From Acaryochloris thomasi RCC1774 (lineage in GTDB: Bacteria > Cyanobacteriota > Cyanobacteriia > Thermosynechococcales > Thermosynechococcaceae): a stretch of 32,000 nt of DNA. This document shows positions 16,964 through 25,451 of the stretch, piece after piece; position 1 is the stretch's first letter, and every line of letters starts with the position of its first letter. The position numbers were made by a program, and so were the translations under genes. The notes beneath the pieces were generated by a model that was not told the origin of the DNA, searched no databases, and saw only the letters and a program-made list of their open reading frames with translations. Location: positions 19,061 through 51,060 of the forward strand of contig NZ_PQWO01000028.1 in assembly GCF_003231495.1 (NCBI RefSeq), in the 5' to 3' direction.

Positions 16964-18037
16964 TCAATTCTGTCTATGGGCCGTCAGTTCGATCGCTAAC
17001 TCGATTGCAGCCCGCATACTCGTTGCATCTGCAATTCCTTGACCTGCGATGTCAAAAGCAGTGCCGTGATCGGGAGAGGTTCTCACAAACGGGAGACCAA
17101 TGGTCGTGTTAACAGCTCGATCGAAGGCCATCAGCTTCACGGGAATTAAGCCCTGATCGTGATAAAGCGCCAAATAGGCATCATGGGGTGCGTCTATGCC
17201 GGGACCATACCAAGCCTGTCCTGGTTTAACCCACATCGTATCCGGCGGGATAGGTCCGTCTAAAGTGATTTGAGGATGTTGCGATCGCATCTCCTCTAGC
17301 CAAGGAATGATCCAATCGATTTCTTCGCGTCCTAGCTGTCCCTGTTCGCCGCTGTGGGGATTAAGACCTGCGATCGCAATTCGCGGAGCCGTCAGTCCAA
17401 AATTATCCTTCAGACAATTAAGTAATAGATCGAGCTTCAGCGACAGCAGGCCGGGAGTTAACTGCCGAGGCACCTCAGCCAAGGGAATATGAGTGGTCGC
17501 CAGCAAAGCCCGCAACTGCCACTGAGTATGGGGAGATCGAGCCACAAACATCATGCCAAAGCGCTCAACCCTCGCACATTCCGCCAGCAATTCCGTCTGA
17601 CCCGCATAGTGATGCCCCGCCTGCTTCCAGACAGATTTGGCGATCGGCCCCGTGACGACGGCATCAAACTCACCGGCCAAAGTCCGCTCAATCGCAGTCT
17701 TCGCATAACAGAAGCTAGCAGCCCCCGTCTCCACAGTAGGCTGCCCCCAATGAGCCGAGATCGACTCTCCAACATCAACGATCATCAAGCGCTCAGGATC
17801 AATACAATCCTGAGCGCCTTGATCAATGAGCTGCTGATAGCAGTCCGTTAAAAGACTTCTATGACCAAATATCGTAACGCCACAGTCCAGCGAGCCGTGA
17901 GCTAGCGCCTTGAGAATCACCTCAGGACCAATACCTGCCGGATCCCCAAGGGCAATCGCTAATCGTGGGCGCTGTTGAACCACAGCCAACCTGAGCCTAG
18001 TAAAGCTAGACGGCTGCAGTCGCCTCTTCTTCAACAT
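16964..18037 (-). CDS. pdxA: 4-hydroxythreonine-4-phosphate dehydrogenase
   Basis: [76 protein letters not shown] are PdxA signatures. The ATG at 18037 overlaps the rpsA 3' end by 32 nt. An internal TTG or GVG-type start just before RLAIALG is possible. Confidence 0.9.
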   Translation of the reverse strand: MLKKRRLQPSSFTRLRLAVVQQRPRLAIALGDPAGIGPEVILKALAHGSLDCGVTIFGHRSLLTDCYQQLIDQGAQDCIDPERLMIVDVGESISAHWGQPTVETGAASFCYAKTAIERTLAGEFDAVVTGPIAKSVWKQAGHHYAGQTELLAECARVERFGMMFVARSPHTQWQLRALLATTHIPLAEVPRQLTPGLLSLKLDLLLNCLKDNFGLTAPRIAIAGLNPHSGEQGQLGREEIDWIIPWLEEMRSQHPQITLDGPIPPDTMWVKPGQAWYGPGIDAPHDAYLALYHDQGLIPVKLMAFDRAVNTTIGLPFVRTSPDHGTAFDIAGQGIADATSMRAAIELAIELTAHRQN

Positions 18038-18965
18038 CGGCTTCCTGAGGCTGCTCAGCCTGCTGACGCTTCGCTAGCACTTCTTCTCGGTACTTAGCCG
18101 CCATTTCCTCAGCCTTATCAAAGACAATCTGAGGATTCTTGACCATATCACCAGGCTCAGGTTCTAGCTGCTTGGTTGACAGCGAGATACGACCGCGCTC
18201 AGCGTCAAGGTCAATGATCATCACCTTGAGCTGATCGTTCACACCAAAGACGCTGTGGGGCGTATCAATATGATCGTGAGAAATCTCTGAAATGTGCAGC
18301 AGGCCACTAACGCCACCGATGTCAATGAAGGCACCGTAGGGCTTAATGCCGCGCACGGTTCCGACCACAACTTCGCCCACTTCAAGGCGATTCATCTTGC
18401 GCTCAACCAAAGCACGACGATGACTGAGAACCAGACGATTGCGCTCTTCGTCAACCTCTAAGAACTTAAGGGGTAAATCTTCGCCAATCAGCTCTTCCTT
18501 AGCCGACCGGGTGCTGATATGAGAACCCGGAATAAAACCGCGCAGCCCTTCAATTCGCACCAAGGCTCCCCCTCGATTTGTGGCAAACACAGCCGAACGA
18601 ACCGTGGCATCCTCTTCCTGCAGTTGGCGAACCCGCTCCCAGGCGCGCATATATTCAATACGTCGAATGGAGAGCGTCAGCTGACCGTCTTCATTCTCAT
18701 CAGCTAGAATGAAAAACTCCCGCATTTCTAGAGACTGAAGCACCTCTTCCGGGTTTTCAATCCGGTTAATTGACATCTCTTGAATCGGGATATAGGCCGC
18801 CGTCTTGGCGCCAATATCAATCAGAGCACCCCTTGGCTCTAGGCTGAATACCGTACCAGGGACCACATCCCCAGTATTGAAGTGGTAATCATATTGATCG
18901 AGTAGAGCCGCAAAATCTTCGTGAGTAAAACCCACATCTGGTGCTGAGGTTTGCTGATTGACCAT
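18006..18965 (-). CDS. rpsA: 30S ribosomal protein S1 (cyanobacterial short Rps1A type, three S1 domains)
   Basis: 319 aa. [48 protein letters not shown], then further S1 motifs ([46 protein letters not shown]). Confidence 0.92.
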   Translation of the reverse strand: MVNQQTSAPDVGFTHEDFAALLDQYDYHFNTGDVVPGTVFSLEPRGALIDIGAKTAAYIPIQEMSINRIENPEEVLQSLEMREFFILADENEDGQLTLSIRRIEYMRAWERVRQLQEEDATVRSAVFATNRGGALVRIEGLRGFIPGSHISTRSAKEELIGEDLPLKFLEVDEERNRLVLSHRRALVERKMNRLEVGEVVVGTVRGIKPYGAFIDIGGVSGLLHISEISHDHIDTPHSVFGVNDQLKVMIIDLDAERGRISLSTKQLEPEPGDMVKNPQIVFDKAEEMAAKYREEVLAKRQQAEQPQEADVEEEATAAV

Positions 18966-19275
18966 GCTAAAGTTTCCTAGTTGTTTTCTCCGTAGTGGTG
19001 ACGCCTCCCCATAGAGTAGGTGTGAACCTGAATGTTAGGAGCGTAATTAAGGGCAGTCAGATGAATCTAGATGAATTTCTAGCTACACTGTTGCGCTAAG
19101 TCTACTATTTTAGCGCATCTTAGGGCTTCTAAGATCATGAAAAGTGACGACTTACGCCGCAGAGCTTCTTCGCTAAATAACCTCGGGGTGGCGTTCACCA
19201 GAGTCTACGCTTTTTTGAGGTTCATTTTTCTAAATGGGTCGGCTAAAGCACGTTTGACACAGGCCAACTGATCTT

Positions 19276-19785
19276 CTAAGGGTGAGTGATAAAAGCGAAG
19301 GGTTCTGGAGCGGAAGCCTTTGCAGCTGCAGGCGCAGGATCTTGAAGCTGATTGAGTTCTTCAATAAAGTCATAAATACCTTGAAACTGTCGATAAACAG
19401 AAGCAAATCGCACGTAGGCAACTTCGCTCAGTGCTTTCAAGCTTTTGAGGACGGCTTCCCCAATTTCAGTACTGGTGACATCCCGGACAGAGCGTTGCTG
19501 CAGCTCAGCTTCAATATCATCAACCAAGGCTTCAATCCGGGTCGCGGTGATGCCCGTTTTCTCGCAGGCGGTTACAACGCCCCGCAGCAGCTTAGAACGA
19601 TCAAAGGACTCGCGCTGTCCGTCTCGCTTAATGACGGTAATGGGAACAAATTCAATTCGCTCATAGGTGGTGAACCTGCGATCGCACTGCAGACACTCTC
19701 GCCGTCGGCGAACACTGTGACCCGACTCAGCGGAGCGAGATTCCAAGACTCGGCTATCTGTATGCTGACAGAATGGACACTGCAC
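19276..19785 (-). CDS. nrdR: Transcriptional repressor NrdR (Zn ribbon plus ATP-cone)
   Basis: GTG start with GGAGG 10 nt upstream. (M)[16 protein letters not shown]...[20 protein letters not shown] is the NrdR zinc-ribbon signature, followed by an ATP-cone. Confidence 0.93.
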   Translation of the reverse strand: MQCPFCQHTDSRVLESRSAESGHSVRRRRECLQCDRRFTTYERIEFVPITVIKRDGQRESFDRSKLLRGVVTACEKTGITATRIEALVDDIEAELQQRSVRDVTSTEIGEAVLKSLKALSEVAYVRFASVYRQFQGIYDFIEELNQLQDPAPAAAKASAPEPFAFITHP

Positions 19786-20072
19786 GTGAGCCTATCCTCC
19801 AAAAGCCGTGTAGGCACCTACTACCCACTACCTTAGCCTAGTGTGGTCCAGCCTGTCGCTGCCTATCTCAGCAGGAAGTCCTGCAGTAGGCGAAGAGAGT
19901 CCGCTATGATTGACTTCAAATAGAGAATATTAAATCTAGTATGGGCGCATCGTGTTCGATGATAGACGAGCTTTATCCCTAGGTTGAATTAGGAATCTCT
20001 CTGTCGATATTCCCTGCTAAACAGGGCTGCGGAGATGAGTAATGGGGGTTGATTAGTTTAGATTTTGCGCTA

Positions 20073-21389
20073 ATGGCTATGCTGAGTTCATTAAAGACAT
20101 TTCCATTGTTTAAGGCTGTCTCCCCCCTATTTTCGCAAGTAAACAACGGGTTTACTCTCACTGAACTTTTGGTTGCGGGAGCCTTAACCACGACAGTTGT
20201 CGGCGTCAGCGGTGTGGGGCTTGCTTCTATGCTGAGTTCAAGCTCTGACAGTGGCACCCAAAACGAACGGCGGATTGAGCTAAACCGTTCCCTTGACTTC
20301 ATTGCTACCGAGGTCAGGCAGGCAGAACGCATCGAACCTGACGCAAACCAGGGCTTGCCTGATGCGCCTGCATTCGATGCCACTGACAAAGTTCCTGTCT
20401 TGACCCTCAAGATTCCGGGTGTCAATCAACGAATCATCTATTACCTCGCTGGTGCCGAGGGCATGTGGCGTGGACCTCAAGTCATTTATCGTTGGGGACC
20501 CAATTTCAACTCTGACGGTAGCTACGACGATACGATCTCACCTAATGCATGGCAATATGAGCCTTTAATTGATCTGATCTCAGAGGAAACTTCAACGCCC
20601 GATTGTCCAATGGACACAACCACTTCACCGCCTATCCGCTGGACCGCTAATCCATCAACAAATGCAACGGGGTTCTATTCGTGCGTGAGTCCCACGGGAA
20701 AAGTGGCTAGCATTTTTCATAAGGGTCAACTTAAAAAGGTTTTAGACAATCCTGAAGCCTATGCCTTAGAGACAAAAGTGTTTGCCCGCACACAACCGCC
20801 CCTCAATATTATTGGAGGCGGGGGAACAGTATCGGGGGTCTTAAGTAATCGTCGATCCAGAGTGACCATTTCTAACCTGGGAGGCGCTCTTCAGTGCAGC
20901 AACGGTAACGATGTCAACGACGGCGTTTCAGGTACGGTTCTATTGAGTTCAAATTCAGCGTCTGGCTCATCAAGTATGTCGCTGCCAGATCCCGGCGGCG
21001 ACTTGGTAGAGACAGTGGAGCCAAATACAACGTTGGCCTTTTCAGTGCAGGTTAGAAACACAACCTGCATTCGAGATACTACAGTTAGCTCAGAGGCAGA
21101 TCAACAAAGACAGGTGATCACCCTACGAGACGGTGAAAGCGTGCCTGCGTTTGAGACATATCTAGAGCAAAACGGAATAGCAAGCTTTCTGACAGCTGAG
21201 AATCCTAGAACGAGACAGCCTTATCTTGATCCCGATACTCGGAAGATTTCGCTGGCTGCTAACCAGCTCATCTTCTTGTTTGAGCTGGGTGTCGATTTCG
21301 ACAGCAGTAAACCCCTTGAAGATCAGGAATCGCCCTTCGATATGCAGGATCTGGTGGTCGTTGCCACCATCACGCCTGACGAGGAATAA
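20073..21389 (+). CDS. Large prepilin-type (type IV pilin-like / GspJ-PilW-like) pseudopilin
   Basis: Class III signal: ...QVNNG|FTLTELLVAGALTTTVVGVSGVGL (G/F cleavage-methylation motif with Glu at +5). The following NERRIELNRSLDFIATEVRQAERI resembles GspJ/PilW minor pilins. The ORF track starts at TTG 20049; I prefer ATG 20073. The mature part of about 410 aa matches no domain I recognise. Confidence 0.7.
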   Translation: MAMLSSLKTFPLFKAVSPLFSQVNNGFTLTELLVAGALTTTVVGVSGVGLASMLSSSSDSGTQNERRIELNRSLDFIATEVRQAERIEPDANQGLPDAPAFDATDKVPVLTLKIPGVNQRIIYYLAGAEGMWRGPQVIYRWGPNFNSDGSYDDTISPNAWQYEPLIDLISEETSTPDCPMDTTTSPPIRWTANPSTNATGFYSCVSPTGKVASIFHKGQLKKVLDNPEAYALETKVFARTQPPLNIIGGGGTVSGVLSNRRSRVTISNLGGALQCSNGNDVNDGVSGTVLLSSNSASGSSSMSLPDPGGDLVETVEPNTTLAFSVQVRNTTCIRDTTVSSEADQQRQVITLRDGESVPAFETYLEQNGIASFLTAENPRTRQPYLDPDTRKISLAANQLIFLFELGVDFDSSKPLEDQESPFDMQDLVVVATITPDEE

Positions 21390-21430
21390 TGGCCTTCGCG
21401 GCAAGTTGTTAAGTTAGGGGCTGCAAACAG

Positions 21431-23317
21431 GTGATTCGTCTCAGAGTTTGGCAGTGGGTTGCGCTAATTTTGCCTTTGGCGCTGGTGATTGGATTCCTGG
21501 CGGTAGCAGCGGGCTTACAGATTCACCGCTGGCACCTGAGCTGGATCTGGGCTGTTGTCGTTCTTGTTCTGTTGGTCTGGCGATGGCTGCTGGCGCGGTG
21601 GCTGCAAATTCCCCAGTTCGAGACCGCTGACTTCTCTAATTTCACGACGGCAGATCACCAGAGCGAGTCACAAGCAAATCTGAAAGCCAAGGCCGAGCTG
21701 GAGGTTCAGCGTGTGTTGACGGCAGCCCGCGATGACATCTTGCCTTGGGAAGATTGGGCAACGTTTTTTGGACGCTGCCAAGACTTAGTCTCGGGAGTGG
21801 CCCAAATCTACTATCCAGAGGTTAAGCGCCCTCTGCTGAATATCTACGTGCCGCAGGCCTATGGGCTGCTGCGAGGCACCGTCGATGATGTAGATCTATG
21901 GATGCAGAAGCTTGCGCCTACCTTAGGACAGGTTTCAATCGGTCAAGCTTATGAGACGTACGAAACCTATCGACGGCTAGAGCCTGCCGCCCGCAAGGCA
22001 CTTAAGGTTTTCAACTGGTCTCGCTGGTTATTTAATCCAGCAGCAGCGGCGGCCCGAACAGCCACCCAACCCTATCGAGAACAGGCCAACCAACAGTTAC
22101 TGGGCAACTTAGGTCAATTACTGCGTGAAACAACGCTTAAGGCTTTAGGAGAGCGGGCCATCGCTCTTTACAGCGGTCAAGCACCTCAACCAATGGTGGT
22201 AGAAGAGGTGGCTCCAGAAAAGACGCAAACCCTGCGGTCGCTCTTTGAAGAATCTGAGTCGGTTGACAGTCTAGAACGATCGCCTCTCAACGTACTTTTG
22301 GTGGGGCGCACGGGAGCCGGAAAAAGTAGCTTAATTAATACGCTATTCGCAAAAGAGTTAGCGGCAGTAGATGTATTACCCAGCACCGATCGCCTCCAAT
22401 CCTACGCTTTTGCGACGCCGGAGGGTGACGCACTGACGCTCTGGGATGCACCAGGATATGAGCAGGCAGGTCGAGAAGATTTGCGATCGCACATTCTAGA
22501 GAAAGCCACAGAAGCAGACATCCTGCTGCTGTTAACTCCAGCCCCTGACCCAGCCCTAAAAATGGATCGTGACTTCCTGAGTCAAGTGCAAGCGGATGGT
22601 CTCCCTATTATTGTTGTGGTCACCCAGGTAGACCGCCTACGCCCCATTCGTGAATGGCAACCTCCCTATGATTGGCAGCAGGGGGAAAAACCTAAAGAAC
22701 GCGCGATTCGAGATGCAATAGCCTATCGCCAGGAAATGTTAGCAGACTACAGCTCCACGATATTGCCGCTGGTAGCGGATGCCCCCGATCGCTCAATGTG
22801 GGGCAAGACAATGCTATCTCAAGCCTTAGTTGAAGCCCTCCCCTCGGCACAGCAGGGCCGATTAGCCAGATTTCTCACAGATCAAGACACCCGGATCCAG
22901 GCTGCGGCTAAAATCATCGACCGGTACGCCTTTCAGATGAGTACGACCCAAGGGCTCGCAGCATTGCTAAAAAGTCCGATCCTGGGCTTTATTTCAACCA
23001 TGATGTCCGGGACTCCAGCGCTCGCCACGGTCTTAGCAACAAACCTACCCATTGAGCAGTCTCCAGTTGTAATGGGCAAGCTCCAGATAGCCTGGGAACT
23101 TTACGCTTTGCTAAGTACAGCAGAACAAACCTTTGACTTGCTACAGCTGTGGCCCCTGGTACTTGAAAGATCCTCATCACCCACTCAGGATGCTTGGGCT
23201 TTTGGTCAAACCTTAGTGCAGTACTGGCTAGATACGGCCTCAGGGAAAGAAATGCCGCTCTCAATAATGCAGACTCGCTATCAAAGTTATCTGCAGGAAG
23301 CAAAGACAAAAATGTAA
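21431..23317 (+). CDS. Membrane-anchored P-loop GTPase (MMR_HSR1/YfjP-like G domain with hydrophobic N- and C-terminal regions)
   Basis: 628 aa from a GTG start. Two N-terminal TM helices. G1 is LLVGRTGAGKSSLIN, G3 is WDAPGYEQ, and the G4-like motif is VVTQVDRL. The C-terminal region is hydrophobic (ILGFISTMMSGTPALATVLATNL). Confidence 0.75.
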   Translation: MIRLRVWQWVALILPLALVIGFLAVAAGLQIHRWHLSWIWAVVVLVLLVWRWLLARWLQIPQFETADFSNFTTADHQSESQANLKAKAELEVQRVLTAARDDILPWEDWATFFGRCQDLVSGVAQIYYPEVKRPLLNIYVPQAYGLLRGTVDDVDLWMQKLAPTLGQVSIGQAYETYETYRRLEPAARKALKVFNWSRWLFNPAAAAARTATQPYREQANQQLLGNLGQLLRETTLKALGERAIALYSGQAPQPMVVEEVAPEKTQTLRSLFEESESVDSLERSPLNVLLVGRTGAGKSSLINTLFAKELAAVDVLPSTDRLQSYAFATPEGDALTLWDAPGYEQAGREDLRSHILEKATEADILLLLTPAPDPALKMDRDFLSQVQADGLPIIVVVTQVDRLRPIREWQPPYDWQQGEKPKERAIRDAIAYRQEMLADYSSTILPLVADAPDRSMWGKTMLSQALVEALPSAQQGRLARFLTDQDTRIQAAAKIIDRYAFQMSTTQGLAALLKSPILGFISTMMSGTPALATVLATNLPIEQSPVVMGKLQIAWELYALLSTAEQTFDLLQLWPLVLERSSSPTQDAWAFGQTLVQYWLDTASGKEMPLSIMQTRYQSYLQEAKTKM

Positions 23318-23346
23318 TGCCTTATGCTACGCTTGATAAGCGATCG

Positions 23347-23420
23347 CGGGGCGTAGCGCAGCTTGGTAGCGCACCACTTTGGGGTAGTGGGGGTCGTGGG
23401 TTCAAATCCCGCCGCTCCGA
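23347..23420 (+). tRNA. tRNA-Pro (anticodon GGG)
   Basis: Hand-folded cloverleaf. Acceptor CGGGGCG/CGCTCCG (one G-U pair). D arm GCGC-AGCTTGGTA-GCGC. Anticodon stem CCACT/AGTGG with loop TTGGGGT (GGG at positions 34-36). T arm GTGGG-TTCAAAT-CCCGC. Discriminator A. CCA is not encoded. Confidence 0.9.
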
Positions 23421-23444
23421 TTGGCTAAATAACTTATCACTGGT

Positions 23445-23488
23445 GAGGCTTAGGGACTTTTATGTCAGTCCTTGAGACCTCTTTTTTT
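23445..23488 (+). terminator. Probable intrinsic terminator after tRNA-Pro
   Basis: Compound hairpin GAGGCTTAGGGACTTTTATGTCAGTCCTTGAGACCTC (outer GAGG/CCTC, inner GGACT/AGTCC) followed by TTTTTTT. Confidence 0.45.
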
Positions 23489-23558
23489 GTGAATATATCC
23501 ACAGACTTTAGGGACGTTAGGGCTGGCTAAGTAAACTAAGTGGCCGGAAGGTTAGCCC

Positions 23559-24150
23559 GTGAGGAAGAAAATATCAGTGATTAATGATCGCGGCATGTTG
23601 CGGTTAAGGTGGACCCACATCGGGAAGCGCCACAGTATTAGCTTGGGGCTAGAGGATACCCGCTCTAATCGAGCCTATGCAAAAAGCATCGCCCGTCAGA
23701 TTGATGATGATATCTGTTGTGGGCAGTTTGACCCCAGCAAGAACAAGTACAGACCCCAGGCAATAGGCCAAACAGGCTATCTTGCTCAAGCCTATTCAGC
23801 CAGTTCGCTGACCATAAAGAACGAAACTTGGGGGTTTCTATTCGGTCGATAGAAACCCGATATCAGCCCGTGGTGGCAGCTTTGCAGAAGTGGCTTGATG
23901 TTCCTGCTCATGCAGTAAATGAAGGCAAGGCGAAAGACTTTGTTTCTATCCAACGGGAGCGGGTGACCACTCACATTGCTAGGGCGAGGGTCTGGCTACT
24001 TCAATCATGCGGAAATGGGCGATTGAGGCCGGATTATTGGCCGGACGTAACCCGTGGGTGGGATTAGCAAAAGCCATCAAGCCTGAACTGAGACAGAAGG
24101 TGAAGCCCTTTGTCGATAACGAAGATACCAGCGCACAGCCCACAGAATAA
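23559..24150 (+). pseudogene. Tyrosine integrase relic (Arm-binding and N-terminal SAM-like parts only; at least 2 frameshifts; catalytic domain deleted)
   Basis: Frame 1: SVINDRGMLRLRWTHIGKRHSISLGLEDTRSNRAYAKSIARQIDDDICCGQFDPSKNKY (Arm DNA-binding type N-terminus). Frame 2: LFSQFADHKERNLGVSIRSIETRYQPVVAALQKW.... Frame 3: WAIEAGLLAGRNPWVGLAKAIKPELRQKVKPF, then a stop at 24148-24150. No R..HxxR..Y catalytic region follows. It lies 139 nt downstream of the tRNA-Pro 3' end. Confidence 0.7.
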
Positions 24151-24338
24151 TGCACAGCGGATATTGTTGATCTTTGAAAGGGCTATCAAGAGGCATAACT
24201 AAAAGCTCGAAGTTGCAAAGGTCTCAACCTACCATCTTCAGCTCCGATCCCTGCAACAGAACCAAAGTGACTACCCCGGCTTCGATATGTTGAAAGCCGA
24301 GGTAATTCTGAACACCCAGTAATGAACTGCCAGGATGT

Positions 24339-25181
24339 CTAGTTTTTTCGCCAGATTGCGGCATATTTTGCTTGGCCATTGACCTCATAGCCACTCACGT
24401 GGGTCAGCCGATATCCTTGGGAGGTCAATTGATTAAAGGTCAGCTGATACTGAGCTGAACTAAGGCCATGACGAGCTTGCCAAGGAGATGAGCCTCCTTT
24501 GACCCACAGTGCGGCATATTTGGCTATGCCGTTGACCTCATAGCCACTGACGGTGCTTAGCCGATAACCCTGAGAGACAAGGCTGTCGAATTTAGCCTGA
24601 TACTGAGAGGAGGTCATTCCATGACGAGCTTGCCATTGAACATTGCCACCCTTACGCCAGATTGCGGCAAATCGGGCTTTGCCGCCTACGTTATAAGCAC
24701 TGACGTGGGTCAAGCGATATCCCTTGCCCACTAAGTCATTAAAGGTTTGTTGGTATTGGGAGACGCTCATTCCGTGGCGGGCTTGCCAGGGTGTTGTACC
24801 TCCTCGTTTTTGCCAGAGGGCTGCATAGAGTGCTTGGCCGTTGGATTCGTACCCACTGACATCTACGAGCTGATAGCCTTGACCTACATATTGGTCAAAC
24901 TTCTGTTGGTACTGGGCGGAGGTCATCCCGTGCCGTGCAACCCAGGGGACTGAACGACCTTGGGACCAGATGGCTGCATATTTAGGTTTACCATTGATGC
25001 TGTAGCCGCTGACATCTGATAAGCGATAACCTTGACTGACATACTGGTCGAACCGTTGTTGATACTGTGCTGAGGTCATGCCATGTCGGGCAGCCCAGGT
25101 CGCGGCTAGAGCGGGACCACACATCAAGGCGATAGCAGTTGTGGCCAGAAGTGGCTTAATTAGTATTGATAGTTTTTTCAT
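24339..25181 (-). CDS. Secreted tandem-repeat protein (5 x ~52-aa W.ARHGMTS.QYQ..FD.LV.QGYRL..VSGY.VNG.AKYAAIW repeats)
   Basis: Signal peptide MKKLSILIKPLLATTAIALMCGPALA from ATG 25181 (the track ORF extends to 25226). Five near-identical units are visible in the translation. They resemble the 'bacterial tandem repeat domain 1' family as I recall it. Confidence 0.75.
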   Translation of the reverse strand: MKKLSILIKPLLATTAIALMCGPALAATWAARHGMTSAQYQQRFDQYVSQGYRLSDVSGYSINGKPKYAAIWSQGRSVPWVARHGMTSAQYQQKFDQYVGQGYQLVDVSGYESNGQALYAALWQKRGGTTPWQARHGMSVSQYQQTFNDLVGKGYRLTHVSAYNVGGKARFAAIWRKGGNVQWQARHGMTSSQYQAKFDSLVSQGYRLSTVSGYEVNGIAKYAALWVKGGSSPWQARHGLSSAQYQLTFNQLTSQGYRLTHVSGYEVNGQAKYAAIWRKN

Positions 25182-25451
25182 GATGTTAGTTCTCATAAAT
25201 ATGTTGTTTGATGATCTACAGCTCAAACAACGCCCCTGTCTTTACACTCTCTAAGTTAAGTGAATGGCTTAGCGCACCTGATGATGTGGGTCACGTCTGA
25301 CATTGATAGTCATCACTTCGGTTCAATTTGGAGGAATACATATCAACCCAATACATTTGATGAAAGCATCAAGGCCATTGAATGCTGCTTCAGGCTATGG
25401 CAAAAGCCAAATACTATTGATTGATGTGGGAATTGATCCTAGACAAAGCTA

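Noticed and set aside
18006-18037. 32-nt overlap between the rpsA 3' end and the pdxA start, as possible translational coupling
   Set aside because: It is probably an artefact of choosing the longest ORF. TTG or GTG codons just upstream of the conserved [15 protein letters not shown] block would give a non-overlapping pdxA.
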